A stretch of 64,000 nt of DNA, taken from assembly GCA_963663405.2 (NCBI GenBank), contig CAXXSM010000036.1, positions 62,148-126,147 on the forward strand, read 5' to 3'. Position numbers and translations under genes: made by a program. The stretch is from a bacterium. GTDB lineage: Bacteria > Hinthialibacterota > Hinthialibacteria > Hinthialibacterales > Hinthialibacteraceae. The stretch's first letter is position 1; every line of letters starts with the position of its first letter. The notes beneath the pieces are model-generated. The model did no database searches. It was not told where the DNA came from and saw only the letters and a list, made by a program, of their open reading frames with translations. Shown piece by piece: positions 53,501-64,000 of this stretch.

Positions 53501-54798
53501 GGGAAGATGTTTTCCTTACAGAGGACAACGGAAATATCGCGACAGGATGGTGCGGCGATGGCGGAGAATTGAATTGGGTCTGGGCTGAAGTCGCGTTAGG
53601 ATTCACCGTCTCGCCAATCGACGCTGACCGGGTTTTGATCTCTGATTATGGTTTCGCTCATGTGACCGAGGATGGAGGAGCCAGCTGGCGCGCGGCGTAC
53701 ATTGATCCCGCGTACGTAAATCCCGCAGGCGCCCAAACACAGCCGGGGCGCGCCTATCAGGGAAACGGTCTTGAAGACACAAGTTCCTGGTGGCTCCATT
53801 GGACCGGCGCAAATACCTTAATTGCGGCCTATACCGATATTCGAGGCATCCGCAGCGCTGACGGCGGCCAGACCTGGATATCTGGCATTAGCATGGGATT
53901 GCCGCACAACAGCACGTATCATATTGTTGAACATCCTCTAACAAATACATTATACGCGGCTACATCGTCAGTTCATGACATGTATGAAAGCCTGTATTTA
54001 GAAGATGTCCGGATTGATGATGGAGAAGGACATGTGGTTCTATCCGATGACGAAGGGGAGAGTTGGCAATTGCTGCATGATTTCGGCCATCCCGTTGTCT
54101 GGCTGGCTCTCGATGCGGACAACGACACAATGTACGCCAGCGTTGTTCATAGTTCGGAAGGCGGAATTTATGTGACCCATAATCTAAGCGCGGGCCGATC
54201 CTCTACTTGGACAAAACTGAGCGATCCACCCCGCTCGAACGGCCATCCCTTCAATATCCATGTGTTGAACGACGGCGCGTTGCTTGCAACGTATTCCGGA
54301 CGGCGGGATGAAAACCGGGATTTCACCGAAACTTCGGGAGTGTTTTACAGCGAGGACGGAGGCGCCACGTGGAAAGATCGCAGTGATTCGGGCATGTTAG
54401 TTTGGACTAAAGATGTAGTGATCGATCCACACGATCCCACACAAAACACATGGTATGTCACAGTATTCAGCCATTGGGGAGAACTCTATCCCTATGAACG
54501 CGGCGGGATTTATCGCACCACCGATCGCGGCCTGCATTGGACGCGAATCAGCGATCTCTACCGGGTTGAATCCGTCGCAATACATCCAAACAATCCAAAC
54601 CTGATGTTCGCGACAACGGAATTCGAAGGATTGTGGCGTTCGGATAATCTCACATCGACAAATCCAACATTCACCCAGTTGGAGAGTTATACCTTCCAGC
54701 ATCCAACGCGCGTCTTTTTCAATCCCACCGATCCAAACAAAATATGGATAACCAGCTTTGGGGGTGGATTAGTGACACTTGATGTAGGGGCACAATAA
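47553..54798 (+). CDS. Giant secreted modular protein (about 2,400 aa, one frameshift near 49040): heparinase II/III-like region, right-handed beta-helix, two unrecognised domains and a BNR/GH74-like propeller
   Basis: PRLWLT, FFRDSW, GHMLDVGHFTL; NNII..N..GGG repeats; many SxDGGxTW Asp-boxes; ORFs 47553-49196 and 48997-54798 join at GATTCTTACCCGCCGCCAT. Confidence 0.82.
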
Positions 54799-55204
54799 AA
54801 AAGTGATTATGAAAAATATATAGTTATAGCCTCCATATAGTATGAAAAGAATTTAATCAATATTAAATTTATTAGATAAATGAGTTCTCAATAAGTTATA
54901 AATTAATTATTAAAAGTTGTAAATTGGAGTTGACAAAGAAAAGATTAAGCTTATTCTCTAACAAGAAAATAATCGAATAAGTGATAAATTTTTATAAGGA
55001 ATAGTGTTTATTTCATTAATAAAGTGATTATTAAGAAGTAAAACTATCGTTTATATTATTTATTTTTTTCTATCCCTTACTTCTTAGTTTCTTTGATAAG
55101 AAAACAGTATGGATGAATAACTCTAGCAAGAATCATATATTTATGATATACGATTAACGATAAATTAGCAAATAAGTGAAGCTTGTAACATGGAGGTATA
55201 ATAG

Positions 55205-56470
55205 ATGTCTTTTTTAGAAGGGATAATTAGTAGTTATCTAGCAAGCCAATTTATTGCAGCTGGTTTATGGGGTTTAATTGCCATTTTGTTTGTTCTTTAT
55301 GTTGTTATATCTAATCGGTTTAAACATTTTATAGTTATTCATAAAAAGATTGTATCAATTATCATTCCTATTATTACAACATTATTCATATTATTAGAGA
55401 GTAATGTAATTTCTCAGATCGTAATATTTATATTACAAATTCCAATCTTAATGTATTTATTTTATTCTCTTCCTGAATGTGTAACTGAATCTTCTAAACC
55501 CGAATCTGAATCCATATTTACTAGTTTAATAAATAATTTAAATCAGAAAATATATAGTAAATCTGAAGAAACTAAAATATATTATGAAACACTATGCGTT
55601 TTATTGTCTTCATTGCAAGATATAGATACAATTTTTAATGAATCATTTTGGCGTGGAAATCATGCAAATAATAATTTTGAACCAGCAATCTTGCCTAATG
55701 GAAATGAAGGTACTACTTTAGAATTAATATTAAATAATAAAATTGTTGATATCTTAAATAAAACACCTTTTCCTTATACATCATGTTCTCCCAAAATACA
55801 TCAAAAAGCGAATATAGTAAGTGATGTTGGTGTATATTCAGAACTGAAATCAGATTTTAGATGGTTCATCGATCCTTTAGACGGTACTCGTTTAATAAAA
55901 CGTAGATTTACACTTTTTTCCGTTTGTGTTGCATTGTGTAAGAAGGTTAGTGAAAATGTATTTAGTCCTTTACTGAGTTTAATATATATACCTACTACTA
56001 AGGAGTTATTTTTTGCTATAAAAGGAGAGGGAGCCTTCTTAAATAATTTTGATAATAAACTTACGATTGAGAATAAACCATTAGATAATTCATTTATCTA
56101 TGTACAATATCCAAATATAGATTTATTAATTAATAAAAAGAATGATAAATTTAATAAGGAGTGTGATATAATCACCGATCTTTTTTCGAAGGTTCATCGT
56201 ACTCATGGATTAAGATTGGCAAGTATCGGGTTGGCTTATCTTGCAAAAGGAACTTATGATGCTTATATTGATCTTGGTAATAATACCCTATTTATTGATA
56301 TTGCAGCAGGTATGCTAATAATACAAGAAGCAAATGGTGAAATTAGACCTTTAATTATATCCAATGATGACAAAAAATGTGCAAAAATTTTAGATAGAAT
56401 TCCACTCATAGCTGGAAGTAATAAAATTATCAACCAATTCTTTGCAAATTATACGGATCTAGAATTGTAA
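55205..56470 (+). CDS. Membrane-anchored inositol-monophosphatase-fold protein with degenerate motifs
   Basis: About three N-terminal hydrophobic helices; WFIDPLDGT, LFFAIKGEGAFLN, LAYLAKG, DIAAGMLIIQEANG; GGAGG RBS. Confidence 0.85.
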   Translation: MSFLEGIISSYLASQFIAAGLWGLIAILFVLYVVISNRFKHFIVIHKKIVSIIIPIITTLFILLESNVISQIVIFILQIPILMYLFYSLPECVTESSKPESESIFTSLINNLNQKIYSKSEETKIYYETLCVLLSSLQDIDTIFNESFWRGNHANNNFEPAILPNGNEGTTLELILNNKIVDILNKTPFPYTSCSPKIHQKANIVSDVGVYSELKSDFRWFIDPLDGTRLIKRRFTLFSVCVALCKKVSENVFSPLLSLIYIPTTKELFFAIKGEGAFLNNFDNKLTIENKPLDNSFIYVQYPNIDLLINKKNDKFNKECDIITDLFSKVHRTHGLRLASIGLAYLAKGTYDAYIDLGNNTLFIDIAAGMLIIQEANGEIRPLIISNDDKKCAKILDRIPLIAGSNKIINQFFANYTDLEL

Positions 56471-56472
56471 AA

Positions 56473-57231
56473 ATGAATATTAATTACGAAGATATCAAGT
56501 TGCTTGTTGTACAAGTAGGAAAAGAAATCAATGAACAGCAAAAACAAGTTCATGTATATGAAACTAAAGAAAATGATGACATCGTTACTGATAGTGATTT
56601 ATATGTAGAAAGAATGATATATGAAGAAATAACTTCAAAATATCCCCATCATGGATTTGTAAGTGAAGAAATGGGTGAAATCAATGCAGACCGTGAGTTT
56701 GTTTGGGTATTAGATCCAATCGACGGAACAAAACATTATAGACGTGGATCTTTTTTGTACTCTATTTCACTCGCATTACAAAGAAATAATGAATTAATAT
56801 ATGGAATTGTTTATATTCCTAAATTGAACTATCTCTACTCTTCAATAAAATATAAAGGTGCTTATCTAAATGACAACAGAATCTTCTGTTCTAAAGAAAC
56901 CAGTATTTTAAATTCTATTATTTGTATGGAAATTCCGAGTCATAATTCCGAATCGATTAAATTGGAATGGTCTTCTAATAAAATAGATAAACTTATTCGA
57001 AATGTTTGCCGTATACGTATTATTGGAGTTGGTTCAATTGGTTTGTGTATGTGTGCAGACGGTCAGTTTGATGGATATTTAAATATAGGGAGTAATTCAG
57101 AATTCTATGATTATGCAGCTGGGCAATTGATTTTGCAAGAGGCGGGTGGAAAATTTTCCTATAATAATGGAATTATTATCGCTGGTCCATCTGTTATTCA
57201 TGATAAATTGTTAATGTTGATAAATGAATGA
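56473..57231 (+). CDS. Inositol monophosphatase family protein
   Basis: DIVTDSDLYVE, FVSEE, WVLDPIDGT, YDYAAGQLILQEAGG. Confidence 0.92.
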   Translation: MNINYEDIKLLVVQVGKEINEQQKQVHVYETKENDDIVTDSDLYVERMIYEEITSKYPHHGFVSEEMGEINADREFVWVLDPIDGTKHYRRGSFLYSISLALQRNNELIYGIVYIPKLNYLYSSIKYKGAYLNDNRIFCSKETSILNSIICMEIPSHNSESIKLEWSSNKIDKLIRNVCRIRIIGVGSIGLCMCADGQFDGYLNIGSNSEFYDYAAGQLILQEAGGKFSYNNGIIIAGPSVIHDKLLMLINE

Positions 57232-57413
57232 AATTGCGCATGTTTTCTATATATGATTGTGTATTTCATTATATATAAAAAAAGACCGCTGAATTCGGGA
57301 TAGGCGCCCAAAAACAGCGGTTGGGGAGGTTATTACATTTAGACGAGCTGCGTCTAAATTTTGTTCCTTATGAATTAATTTTATTTCTGTTTTTTTTATT
57401 TATTACTTATGAA

Positions 57414-58247
57414 TCAGTTGGCTTGAACAAAAACCATAAGCCCCGCCCCCAGATCGGGCTCTCGCAATTTCTCAAGGGCTTGCGCCTGAATCTGCCGAAC
57501 GCCTTCCGCCGATAATCCTAAAATCCGTCCCGCCTGCCGGAGGCTGACCGGCTCTTTCTGATCGTCCAACCCAAAACGGCACCGCAAAACGTCGCGTTCT
57601 TTCGATGAGAGCTGCTTGAATGCTTTAGCGACGTTTCGTTTTAATTCTTCGATCCAAAGATGGTGGCGAAGCGGCCCTGCGACGTCGATCTCCATGCGGT
57701 CTTCCATCGATTGGCCTTCTTCATCCTCCGCATGGATCGAAACCGTTGACGTGCCGAGATGGTAGATATACTCGACCTTCTCTTCTTCCATCCCGATCGC
57801 TTCCGCGATTTCGCCGTAACTGGGTTTCCGGCCGTTATGTTTGATAAATCCGTACTCAAAATTCTTTATTTTTTTCAGCGTTCCGACTTTATTAATTGGG
57901 ATCGTTACCGTCCGGGATTTCTGTTCGATCGCCCGTTGCATAAAAAGCCGGATCCACCACGCCGCGTAGGAGATCAAGCGGCATTCTTTTTTTAAATCGT
58001 ACCGGTCGATCGCTTCGATCAATCCCAGATTCCCTTCTTGGATCAAATCGGGAATAGGGATGCCTTGATTGCGGAACGATAGCGCCATCCGCACTACAAA
58101 CCGCTGATTCGCTTCGACCAGTTTCTCTCGCGCCTGCGGATTCCCCTGACTCACTGATTGAAGCAGTTTTTTCTCTTCATCCGCTTTCAGGGGTTTGTGA
58201 TTGATTCCTTTCAACAACTTTTTAATCGCGGAGCCATCAACACTCAT
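57414..58247 (-). CDS. RpoD/RpoS-type sigma-70 factor lacking region 1.1
   Basis: LVEANQRFVV, DLIQEGNLGLIEA, SYAAWWIR, region 4 LSAEGVRQIQAQALEKLR. Confidence 0.92.
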   Translation of the reverse strand: MSVDGSAIKKLLKGINHKPLKADEEKKLLQSVSQGNPQAREKLVEANQRFVVRMALSFRNQGIPIPDLIQEGNLGLIEAIDRYDLKKECRLISYAAWWIRLFMQRAIEQKSRTVTIPINKVGTLKKIKNFEYGFIKHNGRKPSYGEIAEAIGMEEEKVEYIYHLGTSTVSIHAEDEEGQSMEDRMEIDVAGPLRHHLWIEELKRNVAKAFKQLSSKERDVLRCRFGLDDQKEPVSLRQAGRILGLSAEGVRQIQAQALEKLREPDLGAGLMVFVQAN

Positions 58248-58617
58248 GATAACTCTCCCTTCTTCACATACCGCCAACGCAAATAATAAAACAACAGAGT
58301 AAATTGTTCTCCTATATATCTAGTGTCAGGACTCGCTAAAAAGTTGGAAAATAATTTGAAATATTTTATATTTATTTGTAACTCAAAAAAAACAATGACT
58401 TAGGCTTCAATCGAATTATGGGGTTTTTATCATTTGTTACTTCAAGAGGATTCATTTTGTTACAAACATCGTATTGGACAATTGATTACCATCATCATTC
58501 AAAAAAATTTAAACAAAACCCACGACAACCCATTCAAGATCGCGTACTATGATAGGTTGAAATGTGTGCGACTAACGGTCACCTGAGCCAATTTGTAAGG
58601 AGAGAGCGCCTTTTCTG

Positions 58618-59739
58618 ATGTCTGAATCCGTTGAAATACGTGTCTGTTTTATTGCGCCGAAAATTTATCCGCTCTTCAATCCTTTGATCCGCGTTCCTTA
58701 CAGTGGAGCCGAGGCGCAGCTCTACGAACTCGCATCGTGTTTTGGACCGGGGCAGGATTTGGATATCCACGTAATTACGGATGATTACGGGCAGGAGGAA
58801 GTGGAATATTATTCTGGCGTTCTGGTATACCGTCACGGATTCGAAACGCGGCAAAAGCCATTCATAAAACGGTTGTTTTCACGCGGCTCATCATTGTGGG
58901 ATCTGCTGGAAAAAATTGACGCTCAGATCTATATCCTTGCGGCGCCCTGCGGCGCAATGAAAGAGATCGCCGAATTCTGCCGGAAAAAACGGCGTTCGTT
59001 CGTATATCGCGTCTCGCATTTAAGAGAGTGTGATGGCAGCTATGTCCGATCAAAAAGCCGGGAAGGCGCGCAGTTTCAATGGGCGCTGAAAAACGCGCGT
59101 TTTGTGATTTGTCAAACTGAGGAACAGAGGCGGCTCTTGAAACGCCGCGAAGGGATCGAGGCGCAGGTGATCCCGAATACAGTTTCCTCTCCCCCTCCAT
59201 CCAGTGTGGGGCGGACGGATGTGATTTGGGTGGGGCAGGCGTTGGAATGGAAACAACCGGAACTGTTTTTACGCCAGGCGGTGACGCTCCCAAATCAACG
59301 CTTCACGATGATTTCTATGCCTGTCGATATAGAGTATTTTGAAAATCTGGTCGAAAAAACCCGCGCCGCGCCTAATTTAGGTTTCGAAAATTCCGTGCCC
59401 TATCAAGAACTCTCTCCCTTCTTTGAACGGGCGAAACTACTTGTGAATACATCGCGCTATGAAGGATTCCCCTTCGTCTGGACACAAGCGCTTGCGTACG
59501 GCGTTCCCATCGCGAGTTTGAATGTGGATCCCGATGGAATTCTTGAAAAGGAAGAAATTGGAATCTGCGCGCATGGCTCCGAAGCGCGGCTCGCGGAGAC
59601 GATCCAAGATCTTGTGACCTACGAACGGCAATGGCGGCGATACCACGAAAACGTCAAACGCGTCTTTGAAGAACAATTTTCGCTTCAACAGATCAAACAG
59701 GAATACTTGAAATTATTCGTCCAATGCCTCCATCGATGA
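58618..59739 (+). CDS. Glycosyltransferase family 4 protein
   Basis: SGAEAQ, WVG...WKQP, NTSRYEGFP...QALAYGVPI. Confidence 0.88.
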   Translation: MSESVEIRVCFIAPKIYPLFNPLIRVPYSGAEAQLYELASCFGPGQDLDIHVITDDYGQEEVEYYSGVLVYRHGFETRQKPFIKRLFSRGSSLWDLLEKIDAQIYILAAPCGAMKEIAEFCRKKRRSFVYRVSHLRECDGSYVRSKSREGAQFQWALKNARFVICQTEEQRRLLKRREGIEAQVIPNTVSSPPPSSVGRTDVIWVGQALEWKQPELFLRQAVTLPNQRFTMISMPVDIEYFENLVEKTRAAPNLGFENSVPYQELSPFFERAKLLVNTSRYEGFPFVWTQALAYGVPIASLNVDPDGILEKEEIGICAHGSEARLAETIQDLVTYERQWRRYHENVKRVFEEQFSLQQIKQEYLKLFVQCLHR

Positions 59740-59767
59740 AAAGGTAGGTTTTGCGTAATGGAGGACT

Positions 59768-60724
59768 CTATGCCAGGGCGTTAAAAATGGGATTAACGCC
59801 TTTCGACATACCATGTATACGTTCTTTTTCACCACCCGACAAACGGATCCCCTCTTCCGCGATAGAAAGGGCCATGCGGAAGAGCGATTCTTCTCCCGGC
59901 GGGATTGCGGCGGTGACTCCTTTGGATAATGTGAATCGCAGGGCCAGTGACGCTTCCCGCTTATCGGTCAGTGGTTGATACCAGCATTTGGGATAGGCTT
60001 TCCTGTTCGCGTCTTCGGGCCAGCGGGTTTTGGCCATCGCTTTCAGCGCGAGGCAGGCGGTGTTTTTCTCTTTCGCTTTCGCGAGGACCTGTGGGCCAAA
60101 GTTTCCCTGATACCAGCAGACGTAGTTAAAAGGGAAGAGGAGGGAATCAAAATCGAACCGATCCATCAGCGCTATCGCCGCCTCGGCGGAATGAGCGGAA
60201 AAACCGATGTGGCGAATAAGGCCTTTCTCGCGGGCTTTGACGAACGTCTCCATCGCGCCGTCCGGCGCGAAGACGGTTTCCACATCTTCTATGGTGGTCA
60301 TCGCGTGAAGTTGATAGAGATCGAAATGATTCGTCCGCAATTTCTTCAGGGAAGCGTGTAGTTCTTTTTCGGAGCCTTCCTTTGTTCGTTCAGTTGTTTT
60401 ACAGGCTAAAAAGACGCGGTCCCGGTAGGGTTCCAGAGCGGGGCCCAAACGGTCTTCCGCGTTTCCATAGGTAGGCGCGACATCGTAATAATTGATTCCC
60501 CGTTCAAAGGCTTCGGCCACGACGGTGTCCGCGTGGGATTGCTCCACTCCACTGACAACGATTCCACCGAAACCAATAATGGAGAGATGTATCCCTGTAT
60601 TTCCGTATTCTCTTTTCATTATGCCTCCATCCGGCGCCGCATATCCGGATGTTTCTGTCATAGAGGCGCAGGCGCCTGCAATACCGGTCACCGCTGTTGT
60701 CTTAATAAAATCCCGCCGGTCCAT
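59768..60724 (-). CDS. Aldo/keto reductase with twin-arginine signal
   Basis: MDRRDFIK; GINYYDVAPTYG, FLACKT, DLYQLH, IGFSAH. Confidence 0.92.
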   Translation of the reverse strand: MDRRDFIKTTAVTGIAGACASMTETSGYAAPDGGIMKREYGNTGIHLSIIGFGGIVVSGVEQSHADTVVAEAFERGINYYDVAPTYGNAEDRLGPALEPYRDRVFLACKTTERTKEGSEKELHASLKKLRTNHFDLYQLHAMTTIEDVETVFAPDGAMETFVKAREKGLIRHIGFSAHSAEAAIALMDRFDFDSLLFPFNYVCWYQGNFGPQVLAKAKEKNTACLALKAMAKTRWPEDANRKAYPKCWYQPLTDKREASLALRFTLSKGVTAAIPPGEESLFRMALSIAEEGIRLSGGEKERIHGMSKGVNPIFNALA

Positions 60725-60740
60725 GAGAATCTCCTTTTGG

Positions 60741-61534
60741 TTAAATCTTCACTTTTTTCTTGATGATCACATAAATGATAAGGATGAAAACAGCAAAAAA
60801 ACCCGCATTTACGAGGAACGATATCACTAAATTTTCTTCCTCGGATAATCCGACCAATGTCTTGTCTACGGCGCGGGTGAATAAATCGAAATCCGAAACA
60901 TCGCCAATATCGATAAACGGCAAACTAATTCCCAATCAACATCGATATCCTGTACTTTGACTAAAAGACGGTTTGTTCCTTCTTTCAATGTGGCGTCGAC
61001 AAGATCGTCATCGATTCTGAGGGCGCGTGGCATCCATTTTTCATGGATCAATTTCCCATTTAACCAAACTTTTATAGCGTCATCGCTTCCCAGGGCCAAG
61101 AACACTTCTTCTTCCGTCGCTTTCACGATTTCGGAGTAGGCGTAAACAACCGCGTAATCGACGGCGCCATAGATAGCCGTGAAATCGATTTTCGTTTTCA
61201 CACTGTTATAGAGTGTCCATGTATATTCTTCATTCTTCCATTGGAATTTCATATTCTCGGTGGGTTGAATCCCGCTTTCTCCTCCTTGTTCCGAAAGAAA
61301 ATCGAAAGCGAAGGCGAATTTCTGATCTTCGGGAGTTGGTATTTCATGCGAATCTCCGGTTGTGATTCCTGTCGCGGATTGAACGGTGAACGGTCCGCAA
61401 AGAAGCCAATTCTTGATAAACGATTTGCTTTGATACTCCATCTGAGGAACCACATCCGATGCGGCTTGAACTAGGGAAGGGATGCTGAAAAGTAAGTATA
61501 AAATAATATATTGAATGAATGTGTTTTTATTCAT
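60741..61534 (-). CDS. Secreted beta-sandwich protein with C-terminal TM anchor, frameshift near 60920
   Basis: WLLCGPF, YAYSEI, GSDDAIKVWLNG, GTNRLLVKV; the adjacent frame gives FFAVFILIIYVIIKKKVKI. Confidence 0.65.
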
Positions 61535-61981
61535 TGTTGGTGTTTGTGTGTATTGATATCATGGATTTTTAAAAAACATCTTTATAAATATAACGCTTAT
61601 AGGAGAAAAAGATAGTGGAAATTTCATTGGAAAATACGGTTTATTACTGTTTGACTGGAATCATTTATTATTCCTAACTTGCTTCTCTATCAAGTCTATT
61701 CGATAATTTATTTCTGGTTTTGTTACCAAGTTCTTAACGAGTTTCGTTTGTCAATTTATTCTCGAATGGCGAAGTAAATCGGAATTCCACTCAATGTTAT
61801 TCCAACACGATATTTATGAACTGTCTATGAACTCAAATTTCTACCCTTGAACTATCTGATGTAAACGTCTTTCTAGCAAGTTTCATTTAATAATTATATA
61901 ATAGTAAAGGAGATATACTGAAAAATGATTGTTTTGAGTAGTCGGTTTAAGAGACGCTAGTAGTCAGGATGATTCAATCGT

Positions 61982-63223
61982 TTGGATGGAACTCTTTTCT
62001 GGACTGAAATCGTTTTGTATCCAGCCGAATTTGATTCCCAACTTCGGATCGCCGCTTCAGTTCGTGATATTACTGAACGTAGAAAATTACAATCGCAGTT
62101 GTCCAATCGCAGAAAATGGAGTCTGTTGGACGGCTGGCGGGAGGCGTTCGCGCATGACTTCAATAATATGTTGAGTGTGATTCTCGGTTATTCACAGGTC
62201 GCTTTGAATCGTATTGATCCTTCCGAACCGATCCATGGAACATCCAAGAAATCGTAAAAGCGGCGAACCGATCCGCAGATCTCACCCGGCAGCTGTTGGC
62301 TTTTGCCAGGAAACAAACAGTTTTGCCCAAGGTATTGAATCTGAATTCGATCGTTGAAGGTATGCTTAAAATGCTGCAGAGGCTGATCGGGGAAGGTTTT
62401 CAAATCCAGTGATGATTTATGGCCGGTCAAAATGGATCCGAGTCAAATCGATCAAATCCTGGTCAATCTATGTGTCAATGCCCGTGACGCGATCTCCGAA
62501 TGTGGCAAGATCATAATCAAAACGGGAAATACATACTTAGATGAAAAGTATTGCGTTGAACACGTTGGTTTTATAGCAGGTGAATATACGCAACTCACAG
62601 TTAGCGATAATGGGACCGGTATGGACCGTAAAACTCTCTCCCAAATATTCGATCCATTCTTTACCACCAAGAAAGCGGGGGAAGGCGCCGGTCTCGGACT
62701 GGCGACTGTCTATGGTATCGTCAAGCAGAACAATGGATTCGTGAACGTGTATAGTGAACTCGATCATAGAACCACTTTTAAAATCTATCTCCCTCCATTG
62801 AAGGGAGACATCGGTCAAAGTCAGGTTGAAAGTCCAGCGAAGCAGGAAATCCGTGGCGATGAAACTGTGCTTGTCGTTGAAGACGAGTCGTCGCTCCTTG
62901 AACTGTGTAAACAGAAATTGCAAGAACTTGGGTATTATGTGCTGGACGCCGCCACGCCAAGTAAAGCCATTGAATTGGCTGAGACTCACACCGGCGACAT
63001 TCATCTGCTATTAACCGATGTTATCATGCCTGAAATGAATGGACAGGATTTATCGAAACAGTTGCTTACCTTGTATCCAGACATGAAGTGCCTCTTCATG
63101 TCTGGGTATACAGCGAATGTAATCGTTCATCACAATGTTCTGGATGAAGGTGTTCATTTACTCCAAAAACCATTTACGATTCAGTCACTGGCGATCAAAG
63201 TGCGCGAAGTGATAGACGGGTAA
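61982..63223 (+). pseudogene. Hybrid sensor histidine kinase/receiver, 5'-truncated and frameshifted
   Basis: PAC tail RDITERR, AHDFNNML, NLCVNARDA, DNGTGM, GLGLATVYG, receiver LLTDVIMPEMNG...KPF; no upstream coding sequence. Confidence 0.8.
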
Positions 63224-63259
63224 GAACGAATTATTCTTGCTAAAGAATCAACGAATGAT

Positions 63260-63293
63260 AAGAGGGTATGGATTGGTTCCATACCCTCTTTTT
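63260..63293. terminator. Hairpin terminator between convergent genes
   Basis: AAGAGGGTATGG / CCATACCCTCTT followed by a T-run. Confidence 0.85.
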
Positions 63294-63318
63294 ACGTTAA
63301 CAACAGCGTGGATTTGAT

Positions 63319-64000
63319 CTACGTGGATAACATCGACACCCAGGCGTTTCCGTTGTTGTTGCTTTCAACGGCTTTTTCGATGAAGGCGATGCCCATGCGG
63401 CCGTCATCGACGGTGGCGTATTTTGATCCATCCGCGCCCTTATATGTTCCCGCCTGGTAAGCGCGCACATCGGCTTCGAAACAGCGATGCAGACGCGCGA
63501 AGGCGTCGTGGAAGGCTTCGGGGTGGCCGGAGGGGATGGTCGGTTCGGCCATCAGGTCGTCCGGTAGATCGCCGAGGAAGCCATCATTGGGCTGCACTTC
63601 ACCACGCCAGTAGACGCGGTCGGGTTGTCCCGGCAGATGAATTGTGACGCATTCCGGCTCTTCTGCCGCCAGATCAATGTGCCCAACTCACCGTTCACCT
63701 CAATACCGAGGTCGTTTTTGTGGCCGATTGCGATCTGGGAAGCGCGGACCAGCGCTTTACCGCCGTTCGAGAGTTCGCAGTACACTGTGAAATGGTCGTC
63801 CAATTGACGGCCGCCGACGAAGGTTTCCAAATGCCCACTCAAGCGAGTGACGTTCAAACCTGTGACGAAACGCAGTTGCATGAGCGCATGGGTGCCGATG
63901 TCACCGCCGCAGCAGCTCGCGCCGGCGCGTTTGGGATCGACGCGCCATTCCGCCTGCATAACGCCCTGGTCTTCCGTGCGGCTGGCGAGCCAACCCTGAA
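63319..64000 (-). CDS. Gfo/Idh/MocA oxidoreductase (C-terminal part; frameshift near 63660)
   Basis: QGWLA, WRVDPKRAG...GDIGTHA, ASQIAIG, PSGHPEAF, TVDDGRMG. Confidence 0.88.

Overview
Bacterial chromosomal window, about 50% GC by eye with AT-rich patches, dominated by large secreted modular proteins and small mobile DNA. The gene style suggests a poorly characterised lineage such as Ca. Hinthialibacterota/OLB16 (inference only). Housekeeping and signalling genes include a PP2C-FHA-TPR cluster, PfkB kinase, trpB2, a sigma-70 factor, GT4 and an aldo/keto reductase. Main observations: (1) a c-di-GMP-I riboswitch with an overlapping terminator precedes a fibre-like protein whose C-terminal CLec/FGE domain looks like a DGR variable region (no RT or template repeat in the window), followed by a PKD protein with a putative Cys-Gln thioester domain; (2) four unrelated secreted proteins share a C-terminal (V/I)-x(1-2)-W-x-(L/M)-(Y/F) tail, a candidate sorting signal; (3) an AT-rich two-gene island encodes a membrane-anchored degenerate inositol-monophosphatase-fold protein and an intact one; (4) a 500-bp MITE with an 8-bp target duplication carries DnaA-box-like sites; (5) a RAYT locus has 10-12 bp tandem duplications ending in GTAG next to each of its three REPs; (6) an unrecognised ~160-aa domain occurs six times in four proteins. 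Many ORFs at 27-34 kb and 60.9-64 kb are split by single-base indels that may be sequencing errors. No rRNA, tRNA or CRISPR array was seen. All product calls come from motif recognition by eye, not database searches.
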